Source: Protoeuglena noctilucae
Lineage: Eukaryota
Length of the DNA: 64,000 nt
NCBI GenBank assembly: GCA_958009085.1
Contig: OY253671.1
Span: 62,001 to 126,000 of the forward strand
Reading direction: 5' to 3'
Shown: piece after piece, positions 13,924 through 26,940 of the stretch
Layout: each line of letters begins with the position of its first letter
Numbering within the stretch: position 1 is the stretch's first letter
The notes under the pieces: model-generated
The model's database searches: none
Told to the model about the DNA's origin: nothing
Seen by the model: the letters and a program-made list of their open reading frames with translations, nothing else
Translations under genes and position numbers: made by a program

Positions 13924-16900
13924 ATGTCCCGGCCGTGGCCAGGCGCGACCGACGTGGGCGCGGGCCACACATCCGCCAGTGCAAACCGGCAGCCGGGCAC
14001 GCGGGCTCCGGGCTGGCGCGGTTCGCGCGGGAGGAATGCCGTCATTGCAAGGGTGAGGCATCGCTGCGTTCCCGTCGCGGCTCGGGCGGGCCAAAGCTCC
14101 TTGGCCGAGCAAAAAAGCAAGCGTGCCGCTTTTACGCGGCCGCGAACGCGACCGCCCCTCCGCCGCCCCGCGCAGGCGTCCCCGCTGGAGTCCGTGGCGC
14201 AGGCGGCATCGGACGCGGCGGGCCGCGTCGCCGAGGAGGTCACTTCCCTCGCTGCCCGTGTGCCGGGGGCGGTGGGGCCGGACGGGGCATTGCAAGACGG
14301 GTCGCTGCAGGACCACTGGGGCTCGCGCCTCGCCGCCGGGGCTGCCCGCGCCGCCGTCGACGCCGCGCGCGGCGCTGCGGGGATCTCTCCGGAGGGTGTC
14401 TGGGCAGACGCGGTATCGGCCGTGAGAGGCCTGCCGCCCGCCCTCAGCCAGGTGAGACTCGGCTCGTTGCATGGGTCCACGAGCGGGAATATACATTGTA
14501 TTCTTCTCATATGTGAGATGCGAATGGCGCTTAGTGTCTCTTGTAGGGTCGCTGCTAGCTAGCGAGCATGCCACCGTGCCAGCACAGGCCGAGCCACCGC
14601 TGGCATTTGCTACCATTGTCACTCTTACTCAATTATCGCTCCTCTTACCACCCCTGCAGTACCTGTCGTCAGCCGGGGGTCCTCTGTCCGCCGATGCGCA
14701 GCGACTGGCAGCAGATGCGACAGCAGCAGGGCAGGCGACAGCTGATGCCATCGCAGCACTTACGGGAGACGCAGCGCAGATCGCCGCGGACCTCGTCGGA
14801 GCGGCGCAGGCGCTGGTGACCGCTGCCGTCGCCCCGCTGGCAGCGCCGGCATCGGCGGGGGCGGCGGCGGGGGCGGCGTGGGCGGCGGCAGTTGCAGCGG
14901 CAGTGGCGGCGCCGTTCGTCGACCCTGCGCTGCTCTCCGGGGCCGGCGACGCCCCGCTGGTGTCCTCCGGCGCCCTCGCGACCCCCGCCTTCGCCGCGCT
15001 CGTCGCCACGGTGTTTCTGGCACCGCTGGCGGCGCTGCTTGTCAGCCGGTCGCGCGCCAGAAACGACGCCGACCAGCCTGGTGTCTTCGATGTGGACCCC
15101 GAGCTGCCCCGGGAATACAACGTGGATGCGCTCGCTGCCTATTATGCGAAGCGCCCGGGACAACTGATTGGCAGGGCCACGCAGACGGGGCAGCGGGTGA
15201 GGGGGGGCGGTGTATGGGATGATGTGATGTGGGGTGGAGCACGTTTGCGTGTGTGATGTGACATGTGACTCTGTTGTCCTGTCCATGACTGTTCGCATAA
15301 TAACTCTCTTACTGACTCTTCTCCCCTCTCATCTCCCCCAGGTGGGTCTCGTGGCCCTGGGCATTCTGACGGACGTGCGGATGGGGAGGGTGAAGGAGAA
15401 CGAGAGGATGCGGGCGAGGCAGGCGAGCCGTCATGTTATATTGAATACTAATGGTAATACTACCAATACTTAGTATACCATATGTAAGTACCACTGTATA
15501 AGTGTAGTACTACTCTAATTTACTATGTCTCCCTCAGAATCATTGTATTTCTCTTACTCTATTTTACTATGTATTCCCATTCTCGCGCAGGTCCGCGAGG
15601 CGTGCGAGGACCTGGGCCCCGCGTTCGTGAAGGTGGCGCAGGTGCTGTCGACGCGGTCGGACATCCTGTCGGACGCATACATGAGGGAGGTCATGAAACT
15701 GCAGGACCAAGTGCAGCCGTTCGAGACAGCGGAGGTGAGACTTGTTACAACCACCACTACTGCCACTGCCACCCTCAACCCCATCCCCCCTGCCACCCTC
15801 ATCACCACCCCCCACTGCCACCCTCAACACCACCCCCACTGCCACCCCCAATGCCACCCTCACTGCCACCCTGAACACCACCCCCACTGCCACCCCCACT
15901 GCCACCCTCACTGCCACCCTGAACACCACCCGCACTGCCACCCTCATCACCACCCCCACTGCCACCCTCACTGCCACCCTCAACACCACCCCCACTGCCA
16001 CCCCCACTGCCACCCTCAACACCACCCCCACTGCCACCCTCAACACCACCCCCACTGCCACCCCACCTCACCCCATACCCCACCCCATACCCCCCCCCCA
16101 CAAACCCAGGCCTTGGATCTGATGCGCCAGGAGCTGGGCCGCGACCCATCGGAGGTGTTTGCTTCTATCACCCCCGAACCTGTGGCAGCCGCGTCGCTGG
16201 GGCAGGTCTATCGCGCGACGCTGAGGGACGCGTATGGGGGAGGGGAGGTGGCGGTCAAAGTACAGAGGCCCAGGGTGCTCGAGAGGGTGGCGTTAGACCT
16301 GTACGTCATAAGGGAGGCGTGCCGGTGAGCGGGGTTTGGGGAGAGAGAGAGTTGAGAATGAGAGTTGTCCTATCTCATATCTCAGATCTCACTCACCTGT
16401 CACCTCTACCACCTCACCCCTCTCACCTCTCATTTCTCCCCTTCACCCCCAGCCTGGCCCACCAGCTCTTCCCCTCATCCGTCGCCACGGACTTCTCCCC
16501 CGTCATTGACGAATGGGCCGTGAGGTTCTTCCGGGAAATGGACTACACCATCGAGATGCAGAACGCAGTGGTGAGTTGGTGATATAGATACAGTAAAATG
16601 GACTTCACCATCGAGATGCAGAATGCAGTGGTGAGATTTAGTAGACTTTTATAGATAGCAGTAATGGATCGATCGTGTGCTTGTTATGTAATGATGCACC
16701 ATTGAGATGCAGAGCGTGCTATGATGCTGGTCGCTATAGTAATAGTTCATAATACAACAAAACAAAACAACATCACAAACTACCACCACGTAGCCATCAC
16801 CCCCGGCCCACCCATCCCCCCCCTCCCCCACCTGCAGCGTTTTGCGGAGGGCGTGCGCGGATTGGACGGCATCCTGGTGCCCCGGCAGTACCCCGACCTC

Positions 16901-19836
16901 ACCTCGCGCCGGCTGCTGGTGACGCAGTGGGTGGAGGGGGAGAGGCTGGTCGACTCGAAGGCAGACGACGTCAGGCGAGAGAGGGTTATATGTAATTATA
17001 TAATTATATAATATAATTATTGTTAATATATAAATGTAATACAATATAGTAACACGTGGGATAATGGACGGTGGCTGTTCTCATGGCTACATAGTACTCG
17101 GTAAGTATTACAACCCACTGTCTTATCCCCCTTATTCAAACCCAGGACCCTCTGCGACACTCTCTTGAATTGCTATCTGATCCATTATTATCCATTGCCA
17201 TCCAACCCAACCCATTCTCATCTCAAACCCAGGACCCTCTGCGACACTCTTTTGAATTGTTATCTGATCCAGTTACTCTCATCCTCATCCATTACCATCC
17301 CTATTCAATGAATGCAGGACGCTCTGCGACACTCTTTTGAATTGTTATCTCATTCAACTACTCGACACCGGATTCCTGCACGCCGACCCCCACCCCGGCA
17401 ACCTCCTCCGCACCCCCGACGGCCGCATTTGCATTCTGGATTACGGGCTCATGACCGAAGTGGACACCGACAAGCAGTACGCGTTCGTGGAGTTCATCGG
17501 TGAGTGGATGGGGTGGTGGGTTGGGTGGATATAAGCAGTATATGTTACTGATTGATATGAGCAGTACACCCATCTGAACCTCCCTTACTATATATTTGAT
17601 TTCCATCTCTCTTCCCACCCTTTCATAAACACAGTTACAAATATAAATAATATAATGAATGTCTCAAAATTACTTCTTACCCCCTCCAGGCCACCTGTCG
17701 ACCGGCAACTGGGCGGGCGTGGCTCAGGACCTGGTGAACCTGGAATTCGCCCCCCAGGGGTACACCAATTTGCTGGAGGTGGAGGGGTTTTTGGAGTTGA
17801 TCGAGCAGGCGAGGATTAGGGGGATGGGTATGCTCGAATTGGGATATGATTGTTTTACTGACACTGAGAAACCCAGATTACAATACCATTACTCTTATCA
17901 CCTTGTCCTGTCCCCAACTCCCTATCCCAGGTCCTGAGCGTCCTGATGCTGACGGGCGGCGGCGCCGACCGCGTGCAAGAGCGCGCCAGGTCCATGAACA
18001 TCGGGGTGGTGTTGGACGAATTGGAGGACATGAGCAAGGAGTACCAGTTCGTGATTCCGCCCTATTTCGCCCTCGTGCTGAGGGCCTTCTCCGTCATTGA
18101 GGGCATCGCGCTGAGGGTCGACCCGGACTACGCCATCGTCAAGGTGAGGGGTTGTGGGGGTGGTGGGTGTGTGTGTGGGGGGGGTGGATATGAAGAGATG
18201 GTGGAAGGACATTGATCCGGTTAAACTTGTATTTCGCATTGTCACTGTTGCACTCACTGCTGCCCTTGCTGTCGCCCCAACACCACCCCCACTGCCACCC
18301 TTATCACCACCCTCCACAACACCCCTCCTTAACCCCCCCCTCCCTCTCAGGAGTGTTTCCCTTACCTCTCCCGCCGCCTTTTGCGCGACCCCTCCCCCCG
18401 CATGCGCCAAGCACTGAGGGAGCTGCTTTATGACAAGGGAAAGCGCATCGACGTCGAGCGACTGAGGAGACTGGCGTCGGGACTGAGTCAGTTCACTACT
18501 GACGGTCTGACGGAGAGAGATGCAGGGGTGGGGGTGGGGGCGAGGGCGAGGGGGGGGCGTGTGTTGGATCGGACAGCAGTGGAGGCGGTGAAGGTGAGAA
18601 GGAGATTGGGGGGTGGTGGTGGTTGTTGTTAATGTATGTGTGTGTGTGGATGTGGTGGGTGGCAGTGTGGGTGTGGGCGTGGGTGTGGGGTTGCGGCTCA
18701 TAACACCACCACAGTTGACAACAACACCACCCCACCCCCATATCCCCGTATCCCCCACCACCCCGACAACACAGGTGGTGTTTGCCAAGGACGGCTCGTA
18801 CATCGCGGACCTTCTGGTGGACGAGCTTGCAGCGACCCTCCACGCATTGTCCCGTGAAGCGGGATTGGAGTTGACGCGGGCGGTGCTGAGCAGCGCGGCG
18901 GTGGCGGGGAGTCAGCAAGCGGTGCGGGCGCTGGGGCCACTACGGCCGATCGTGGCGCCCCTGCCGCTGCCCTCGGAGGTGAGGGGTTTTGGTAGATAGG
19001 CTGTGCGGGTGTGGGGTGTCTTGGTTGTTTGTTAAGATAGTCGGTCACAATCACAATTAACAGTCACCCACCAACCCCTCCCGTCTCAGGTCCTCGCCCG
19101 CCTGTCCCCCGCCGTCCGCCTCACACTCTCACCCTCACCGATAGTCACATACTATCAACCACAGTAAACAATCACAACAAACAATCACTCCCACCCATCC
19201 CATCCCCCACCTCAGGTCCTGGCCCGCCTGTCCCCCGCCGTGCGCCTGACCGAAGACGACCGCGTCGCCCTCCACAACGTGAGGGTGCTGTGGTCCGAAC
19301 TGCAGCCCATCATCACCAGATCCCTGGCACTGGCACCTGACGCAGCGAACTCGCTGTCAGGGGACCGGCTGCGTTTACTGGCGGAGGCGGGGGCGGAGCT
19401 GGGGGAGCTGTTGCCGGAGATCGCGCCGGGGCTGCAGAGGGCCAATCGGCGATTGGTGTCGGATCTGCTCAGAACGACCGCGGAGAGGCTCGTGCAGGTG
19501 AGGGTGGGGTGGGGTAGGATTGGGGGAATAAAGTGGGGTTAGTGGGGTTGTGGGGTGGGGTGGGGGTAGGTGTGGGGGGGGTGGGGTTGAGGAGTGCAGT
19601 GGTGGGCAGTGGTGATGGGGAGTGGGTGTGCAGGGGAAGGGTTGAGTGGGTGGTTTCACAGCACATCGTCACAGTCACAGCACATTGTCACAGTCACAGC
19701 ACATTGTCACAGTCACAACACTTCCGTCACAGCACGTTGCGATACGCATCAGGGTGATGCACCCACGCATCACCCTCCCTCCCCTTCTCCTTTCCCCCAG
19801 GATTTGGACGAGGCGCGCAAGATGCAGCTCGTTTGA
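13924..19836 (+). CDS. ABC1/UbiB-family atypical kinase (plastid ABC1K type), about 13 exons
   Basis: Motifs GPAFVKVAQVLSTRSD, AAASLGQVYRA, VAVKVQRP, HADPHPGN, LDYGLM, PPYFALVLRAFSVIEGIAL; stop at 19836. Start ATG inferred. Confidence 0.92.
15750..16065 (+). repeat. 12-bp minisatellite (CCCCACTGCCAC / CCTCAACACCAC) in an ABC1K intron
   Basis: About 25 tandem units visible. Confidence 0.9.
19656..19735 (+). repeat. 19-bp tandem repeat (CAGTCACAGCACATTGTCA) x3-4, intronic
   Basis: Direct tandem copies. Confidence 0.85.
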
Positions 19837-20161
19837 AACGAGGGGCAGCTTGTTTGAAATGAGGGGCAGCTTCCGACGGGAACGGGACCGGGAGTGGAGT
19901 GGCGTTGGTGATTAGGGAGCTGAGAGGGTCATGGGGCTGTAAGGGGTGCGACAGATTGCCCAACGTAGGCAGCTGTGGCAGGGCTGGGAGGGCTGGATTT
20001 TGTAGTCTTGTTTGCAGATGCAGCGTCACCGTTACACTAGCCGGACCTGCTTCGTTTTAATTTGAAAGCACGCTCGTCTCACGATTGCTCCCGTGTTCTA
20101 AACAGAGGGTGTCATTTACTTATCATTCACTTAGGATTCAAATCTATACCATTCCCATTGT

Positions 20162-23100
20162 TCACGAGTACACCTCCCCCGACCGTATGTAGTCGAATGC
20201 CTCTTTCGCCAACACCTCCACGAAAAGGGGGTACCCCCCCAATGCTGCGTCTGCCAGCGTGGGACTCTCCCTGGACACCCAGCCCTGCGAGCGAGGTCGG
20301 GATTATGGCACATCATGGTGACAGGAGGTGATAGTAGCAATGAAGTACAATAAAATTGTTTTAAAATTTTGAATCTATACCTAACAGATATTAAAATATT
20401 ATAATAACAACTAATAAAACCCACTGTCCCACCCCCTCACCTCCGCGGGCTCCTCGATGAGCATCCTCACGAGCCGTGGGTCGTCGCACGGGTCGCCTTC
20501 GTAGCCCAGCAGCTGCGTGCGGGGGGTGATGCTGCGGGACGCCTTGACCGCCTGCATGTGCCTGAGCGGGAGAAGGAGAGAAGGGGGTGATGGCAATGCA
20601 CCTTCATTTAAAATAGAGAAAAGCTATGCTTGGAACACACCCCCTCGATTGCCGCCCATCGGCGCAACCCCCACCAAAACGTGACCCGTCTCCCTCACAC
20701 ACTAACGGCCCATCTCTCACGTCTCAATTACTTATTATACACACCTCATCCACGCTCACCTGGCGAGTGGCGCGTCCGGGGGTGGCGGCCAGGGCATCCC
20801 CGCCGCCCCCGCCTCGCTGTACACCAACAGAAGGGCATAGAAGGTATCCAGCAGAAACGCAGCCACCTCCTCCTGCTCCTCCTCCACCGTCTGGGGGTGT
20901 TAATTGATAATAATTAGTATTAGAGTTTTATAATTATTGATATTTTTGTTGTAGTACATGTGGTTAGGAGTGCGTTGGGTGCATCGCTCCCTCGCCCCTC
21001 TGCTTAGCAGCATAGCTAATAACAACAGTAACAATACCAATACCAATACCAATACCAATACCAATACCAATACCACCACATCACTCACCCCCCTGCTGAG
21101 CAGCAGCCGGTCGTGCGCGATTTCCGACAGCGAAGCCCACGACTCCAGGACAGGGTAGACAGCACGCGTCAATTCGTGGGGCGGCAGCGCACACCACAAT
21201 GACAAAATGAAGGGGCGCAGGTCGGGGTGGGACGGGTCGAAGCCGGATGTGGGGGGGGCGCCGGTAAAGGGGGGGGGGGTAGCCTGGGGGTGGGGGTGGT
21301 GGTGAGGGTGGCAGTGGGGGTGGCAGTGGGGGTGACAAGAGTGAATGTGCATGTACAACCTGTCGCGCCACCACCATACCATCGACACTCTATCAGTCAA
21401 CGCATTGCATGTCCCAACCACACACACACACACACCCTCACCATTCACGCCCACCACGTCCCCCATCGGCCCCGCCACAGCCGGCATGGGCCCGTCCGCC
21501 GCCTGCTTGGTTTGAATTTGAATTCCAGTGCCGTCCCTTGCAGTGTAGGGGAGCAGGGGCGAGCGCAGGAGGGCGTAGACCAGGCGGGGGATGACCTGGA
21601 GCTGCAAATGGGGTGAAACGAAAGAGATGGTTGTAATATGGTAACTATGGTGATAATATATGCAGATAGTATAGAAAGGGTGGTAATAGCAAAGACGGCG
21701 ACGTCCTGGGTGCACGACACTGAATAAGCGACAACTGCATAAAATGCACATAGTAACATCTCATGATCCATCTATAATATCCATATATAACATCAATCTA
21801 TAATATATTTCATATCAACCTGCGGGAACGCGTCCAGATCCACCAGCACGTCGTCCGTGGCAAAGTCGTCCGGGATAATCACCCCCTGTCGCTCGTACAT
21901 ATTGGCAGTATATCGAGAAACACAGTTGACGAGCCAATCGGCGACCAGGTCGCGGGCGCTGGGGATGCCCTCCACACTGCGATTGTTTGGGGGTGTGGGT
22001 GTGGGTGAGTGGGGGTGGGTGAGGGTGAGTGAGAGTGGGGGTGAGGGTGCGGCGGCGAGGGAATGAGTGCATGAGCAGGGCCAGGCATGTTGCGACCAGG
22101 AACACACACAGACATAAGCAGCATATATAATTGTATATACCATAATTGTGTACACTAACAACTACTGTATATCCTCGCCTGGCCGCCTTCATGGCCTTGT
22201 GCATGAGAAGAGCCAGCACTGCGTCGGGGTCCACGTCCCTGTAAATGTCGCTGGGGCGATGGCCGATGTCGAAACGCACTGGGAGATGAAAGAGAAAGGA
22301 TTAAGTTATTATTGTTATTACAATAGTAATAGTAATAGTAATAGTAATAGTAATAGTAATAGTAATAGTAATAGTAATAGTAATAGTAATAGTAATAGTA
22401 ATAGTAATAGTAATAGTAATAGTAATAGTAGAAGTAATAGCAATAGTAATAGTAATAGTAATAGTAATAGTAATAGTAATAGAAATGGTAATAGTAATAG
22501 TAATAGTAATAGTAATAGTAATAGTAATAGTAATAGTAATAGTAATAGTAATAGTAATAGCAATAGTAATAGTAACAATAACAACGACAGCCAACCCTAT
22601 TACTCACTGGTGCTCAGCCGTATGCGCCTCTCCAGCGTATACCCCACCCCAGACCCCAAGAAGCCATCTTCGTCGTCCCCACCCCCCTCCGCACCCGCAC
22701 CCGCACCACCACCCTCCACATCCACACCCCCATTGCCACCGGCATTGTCAACACCCGCGTTATTGACACCCGCATTACCACCCACATTGCCACCCGCAAT
22801 CCCACCCCCACTGCCACCCCCACCCGCCCCCTCCACCCCAACCCCCCTCGCCCCCCTCAGATCCTCAAACGCCCTCCGCACGCCCCCCTCGTCGTCAGCG
22901 TCAGACCCAGAATTGCCAGAATGGGATTGCGAGGGGGATGCCCCTCCCCTGTTTCTGGCGCGATGGGTCAGGGCCCTCGCGATGCCCGCCCCCGCCTCCC
23001 GCCGGCCCGAGGAGGCCTGGGGGTGGAGATGAAAGGAAAAAATTGAAAATGGGATTTGAAAAAAAGGATTGAAATGTGGTTGTTCAACATACTCACAGTT

Positions 23101-26100
23101 ACTATCCTAACGCAATCACGGACTTAGTTAGTACTACTAACTCAGTAGCAGTCACCACACTCACCGCCTGCTTGCCCCCACTCTGCATGATAGGGAACTC
23201 TCACCGCCATGCAACCCACGATCACAGCCACTATCTGTTAACAGTAGATAGCACATACTATGTAATAGCACCCCCCATCAATCAATCACCGCTCACTGCC
23301 TGCTTCCCCCCCGCCTGCCCCTGCCTGCTGACGATGGCGGTGTAGCTGAACGCCACTTGAATAGTCGGGGGATTGAGCGCTGTCTGGGAGAAAGCACGAA
23401 ACCCGTCTGCGGACGTGAATTTGAAATCGACCGCAAAGGCGTCCCGGCCGTCGCACGCCACTACGTGATGGAGGTCGTTGTACTGGTCGTCCTGGGGAGA
23501 GGGGGGAGAGTAATACTTTTTTTATATTACTATCATAGTATATGATATAATAATAACAGGAAAATGATGGTAATAATAGTAATAATAAAATTACTTAAAA
23601 TTACTCTAGGGCAAATATCAACAAAATTGATGCCAATATCACCTTGAACAGCCTGCCGTACGCCTCAGCCACCTCGAAGTCCGGCGACGTCCGGACCCGC
23701 AGCATGCCGCTCGTGCCCCTCTGGGCGGAGACTCGCTTGGCCACGTCCTGGGGCATACCACACCCATCCAGGCTGGGATACAGGGCAAGGAAGCCGCCGG
23801 AGCTGCGGGTGACGGCCTGGGGATGGGGGGGGGGGGGGGAAGGGGGTGAGTGGGTGATGGGGGTGGGGTGGGGGTGGGGCGGGGGTGCATTGCGGGAGAC
23901 GGCCTGTGTGTGTAGGGGGGGTGTAGGGGTGTGGGTGTCACTCCTACACTCCCTCACTCAGTCACTCACTCACTCATCCACTAACTCACTCACTCCCTCA
24001 CCCACTCACTCACCTCAATGCTCTCCAGCCCCACCACATCTCCCCTGTCTGTCACTGCATACACATCCACCGTCACACCCAGCGCCGCCGCAGCCACAGC
24101 CGCTTCCTCATAAAAGGGACGAGCGCGGGCGTATGCCAAACCATGGGGGGTAGTCGGAGCATGGTCGGGCTTGTTGGTGGCCTGCGATGGTGGTACAACG
24201 GGGAACAGAGAGTGAGGGAGTGGCGCGTGATGTGTTATGCAATTGCTGCCATTCCACATTTCATGCAGATGCGCCCACACACGCCCATAAACCACCAGAA
24301 CCCACCCCAACGCACATCAACCATGTACCTACCACCCCCCATCTCACGCACGCACTTGCACAATCCAACCCCATGCACATCCCCATCCCCCACCCACTCT
24401 CTCACCTGCCCCCCCATCTCATGCACCCTTCCCCGCCCCGCGTTTGGCCCTCCCGCCAAGAAACACAGCAGCCTCGCCCCTGCATAAGTCACTGCCTCCG
24501 CCACACCCGCACCACCCCCACCCCGCCGCCCCCTCCTCAGCCGCGCTTGAAGCCCCGCCAGCACCGGCCCTGCTCCTTCCGCCAAATAACGCAGCGTGGC
24601 TTGCAGTGCGGGCCCGAACGCTCGCACGGGGGCGGTGGCGGGGTCGGTGGTTGAAGCGTCGATGTGGTGGGTAAAGACCGCGTCGATCAGGCTGGGAGTG
24701 GGATGAAAAGAGGAAAGGACAAGGTTAATATTCAATAATGATGATCTTATAACAGTCAGGCTGTGTACTGTATGTGGTGGGTGAAGACCGCGTCGATCAG
24801 GCTGGGAGTGGCTCGGAAAAGATGAGGGTTATTGTTCATTGATTCAAATGATCATTTAGTATTACAAATTTCAGGTTTCGCTGCACATAACACCCTTCCA
24901 TCCCCACCCCACCCCTCACCCGCACCCACCCCCCCCTCACCTCCTCAGCGCCCCCCCTCCCCCCTCCCCCGTCCCCGCCAGAGCGTGTTCGAGCGGCAAC
25001 GCATCCTCCAGCGCAACCTCCGCAGGCGCCCCTCCCCCCTCATTCCCCAAACTCAGCGCCACCCATCGCGCCCCCACCGCCCCCCCCTTCACGCCCACCC
25101 CGTACAAGCCTAGGTGAGAGGAAAACGTGAGGATACCGAAAAGGGTGCCGGGGGATAGTGACTCGATCGCAGCTTCCAGTGACGATTGGACAGTCGACAG
25201 GAAGTCCGCAGATCCAGTCACGTCCACCAGCGCCAGGCAGATGGGGTGGCCGACCTGGGGAGATGTCGGGGAGCGGAGGTGTAGGATTTGAATTTGAATG
25301 GTGGATGAAGGTGGGTGAGGTGAGGGCAGGTCCTGGTGGGTGGCAGCGGTGCGCTGTGCGGTGTTTGGGCCATCCAATCCAAACGTGTTTTGGGCATGTA
25401 TAGCCTATAATCATATGCAGTATTGCACACAACACTCTCAGGTATGTGAATTTGATACTACTTCTCTCCCCCAGCCACCAAGCCGCTCGCCTGCACTGCG
25501 GCGGAGAGCCCCGCGGGCCCTGCCTGCCCCGCATCGTCCCCCGTCACCACCAGCTCCGTCACGCCCGGCCTGCGATCACGGAGATACGCGAATACAGAGC
25601 AATTGCAGAGCAGATTAGATCAGCTATGACAAACGCGCATCGCCGGCCCTGTTAAGGTCGGCAGACTTTGCCGCGCTGTGCAGCACCCTTGCCCAGCACC
25701 CTTGCCCGCGCTCTGCGCCTCCCGCGCGCGCGCAAACGATTAGATACCTCATCCGCAATCGCACCTGAGCTCCGGCAGCCGCGCGCGGCTCGAGGGCGGG
25801 CCGTAGCGGTCCTGCAGGTCCCGGTAATCATTCACCCCCGAGCAGAGCGCGCACGTCCACGAGTACAGATCGAACGAGCAGACGCGGGACACCCACGCAA
25901 AGCAGTACTGGCAGCGGGCCACGGAGCTGGGCGCAGGGGCGGGGAGAGCGCGTGGAAGCCAGGCAAGTCCGGGCGCTGGCTCTTTCCAAACCGGGGCGAT
26001 CGAGGCGAGCGGCGGCGCGACGGATGGCGAAAAGGTATTTGAATCGAATCGTGTCCCACGCGCGGCGAGGCGAGCCGCATCCCGGACTCGCGCGCGGCTC

Positions 26101-26269
26101 GCTCGCGTGCATGCGCGCTCGGGCCTCCCCACCTCGTCGGGACGGGCTCGGGATCCTCCTGGGAAGACGGCGTCGCGAGCGGTTGAATGATGCATCCCCA
26201 CGGGAGCGCGCACTTGTCCTTGATCACGGCGTCCACGGGGAAACGCCGCAGCGAAGGAGACAGTGCCAT
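20162..26269 (-). CDS. Sec23/Sec24-family protein, resembling plant SEC23D-type
   Basis: N-terminus RRFPVD...LPWGCIIQP; Zn finger RCQYCFAW...WTCALCSGVN; trunk LALVDVTGS, FGILTFSSHLGLY, FLAGGPNAGRG; beta-barrel GMLRVRTSPDFEV; last exon ends EVYS* at 20162. Confidence 0.88.
21032..21074. repeat. (AATACC)n microsatellite, intronic
   Basis: About 7 tandem units. Confidence 0.9.
22322..22575. repeat. (AGTAAT)n microsatellite, about 42 units, in a SEC23-like intron
   Basis: Direct hexamer array with a few variant units. Confidence 0.97.
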
Positions 26270-26940
26270 TTCTCAGCACGCCCGCGGGCTCAGCGGGCAT
26301 GCATGGGACCCGGCGGACGGAGAATGCGCACGAGGGAACGGAAGGCCGCAGGAGATGAGCTAGAGGGTCGCACGAGCTCCAGGGAGGGCGCTTGGCGGTG
26401 GTACTAGCACTGGTAGGGCTCGCAGCGCCGCAATCCAAGACTGTGCGCCAGACAATGAGATGTGACGAACACCCATGCGACTGTGGAGCTGAGGGGACGC
26501 TGGCGGAGGCATCAGAGCAGGTGGGCAGGCATGACGGCGGTGCCAGAGGGGGTCTGACGCCGCGTGAAATCGACCGCAAGATGTCGGTGCGCGTCATTGT
26601 TATCGCGGGCGCAACAGCTGAGGCAGCAGCGACGCACGGCGCGCGACAGAGCGCGGGCTGATGACGGACGTCTGCTGCTCGGGGCATGATGGCGGGGACG
26701 GGGACCTGGACTGCGGCGAGGAACATGATGCCACGCTTTGTGAGTCTCATGTGCAGCTGCAAGGCCGTCTGGAGCCTTTGTCGAGCCCTGTGCGCCCCGC
26801 TCAGGGCCGTCGCACTTCTCGATGCTTCTGCCGGCGAGGGAAACGCACCGCGTGCTCCCGTCGCCGGAAGCATGGACTGCCGCGTACAATCAACTAAGAA
26901 CTTTACCAACAGCCCCTTCCCTCGCTCGTTGCCCGCAGCG

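Noticed and set aside
15750..16065. CRISPR-like or telomeric array
   Set aside because: No unique spacers and not a TTTAGGG-type motif; eukaryotic intron.
15525..16149. HPHC-repeat His/Cys-rich 'metal-binding' ORF
   Set aside because: Lies between GTGAG (15735) and CAG (16109) within the kinase domain; intronic minisatellite.
17143..17317. Echoes as mutually exclusive cassette exons
   Set aside because: Copies cover only one exon end, lack the opposite splice site, and mostly run into non-coding sequence or stops.
22155..22766. Poly-Tyr, poly-Leu, IT/NS/VI-repeat ORFs
   Set aside because: Translations of the intronic (AGTAAT)n microsatellite.
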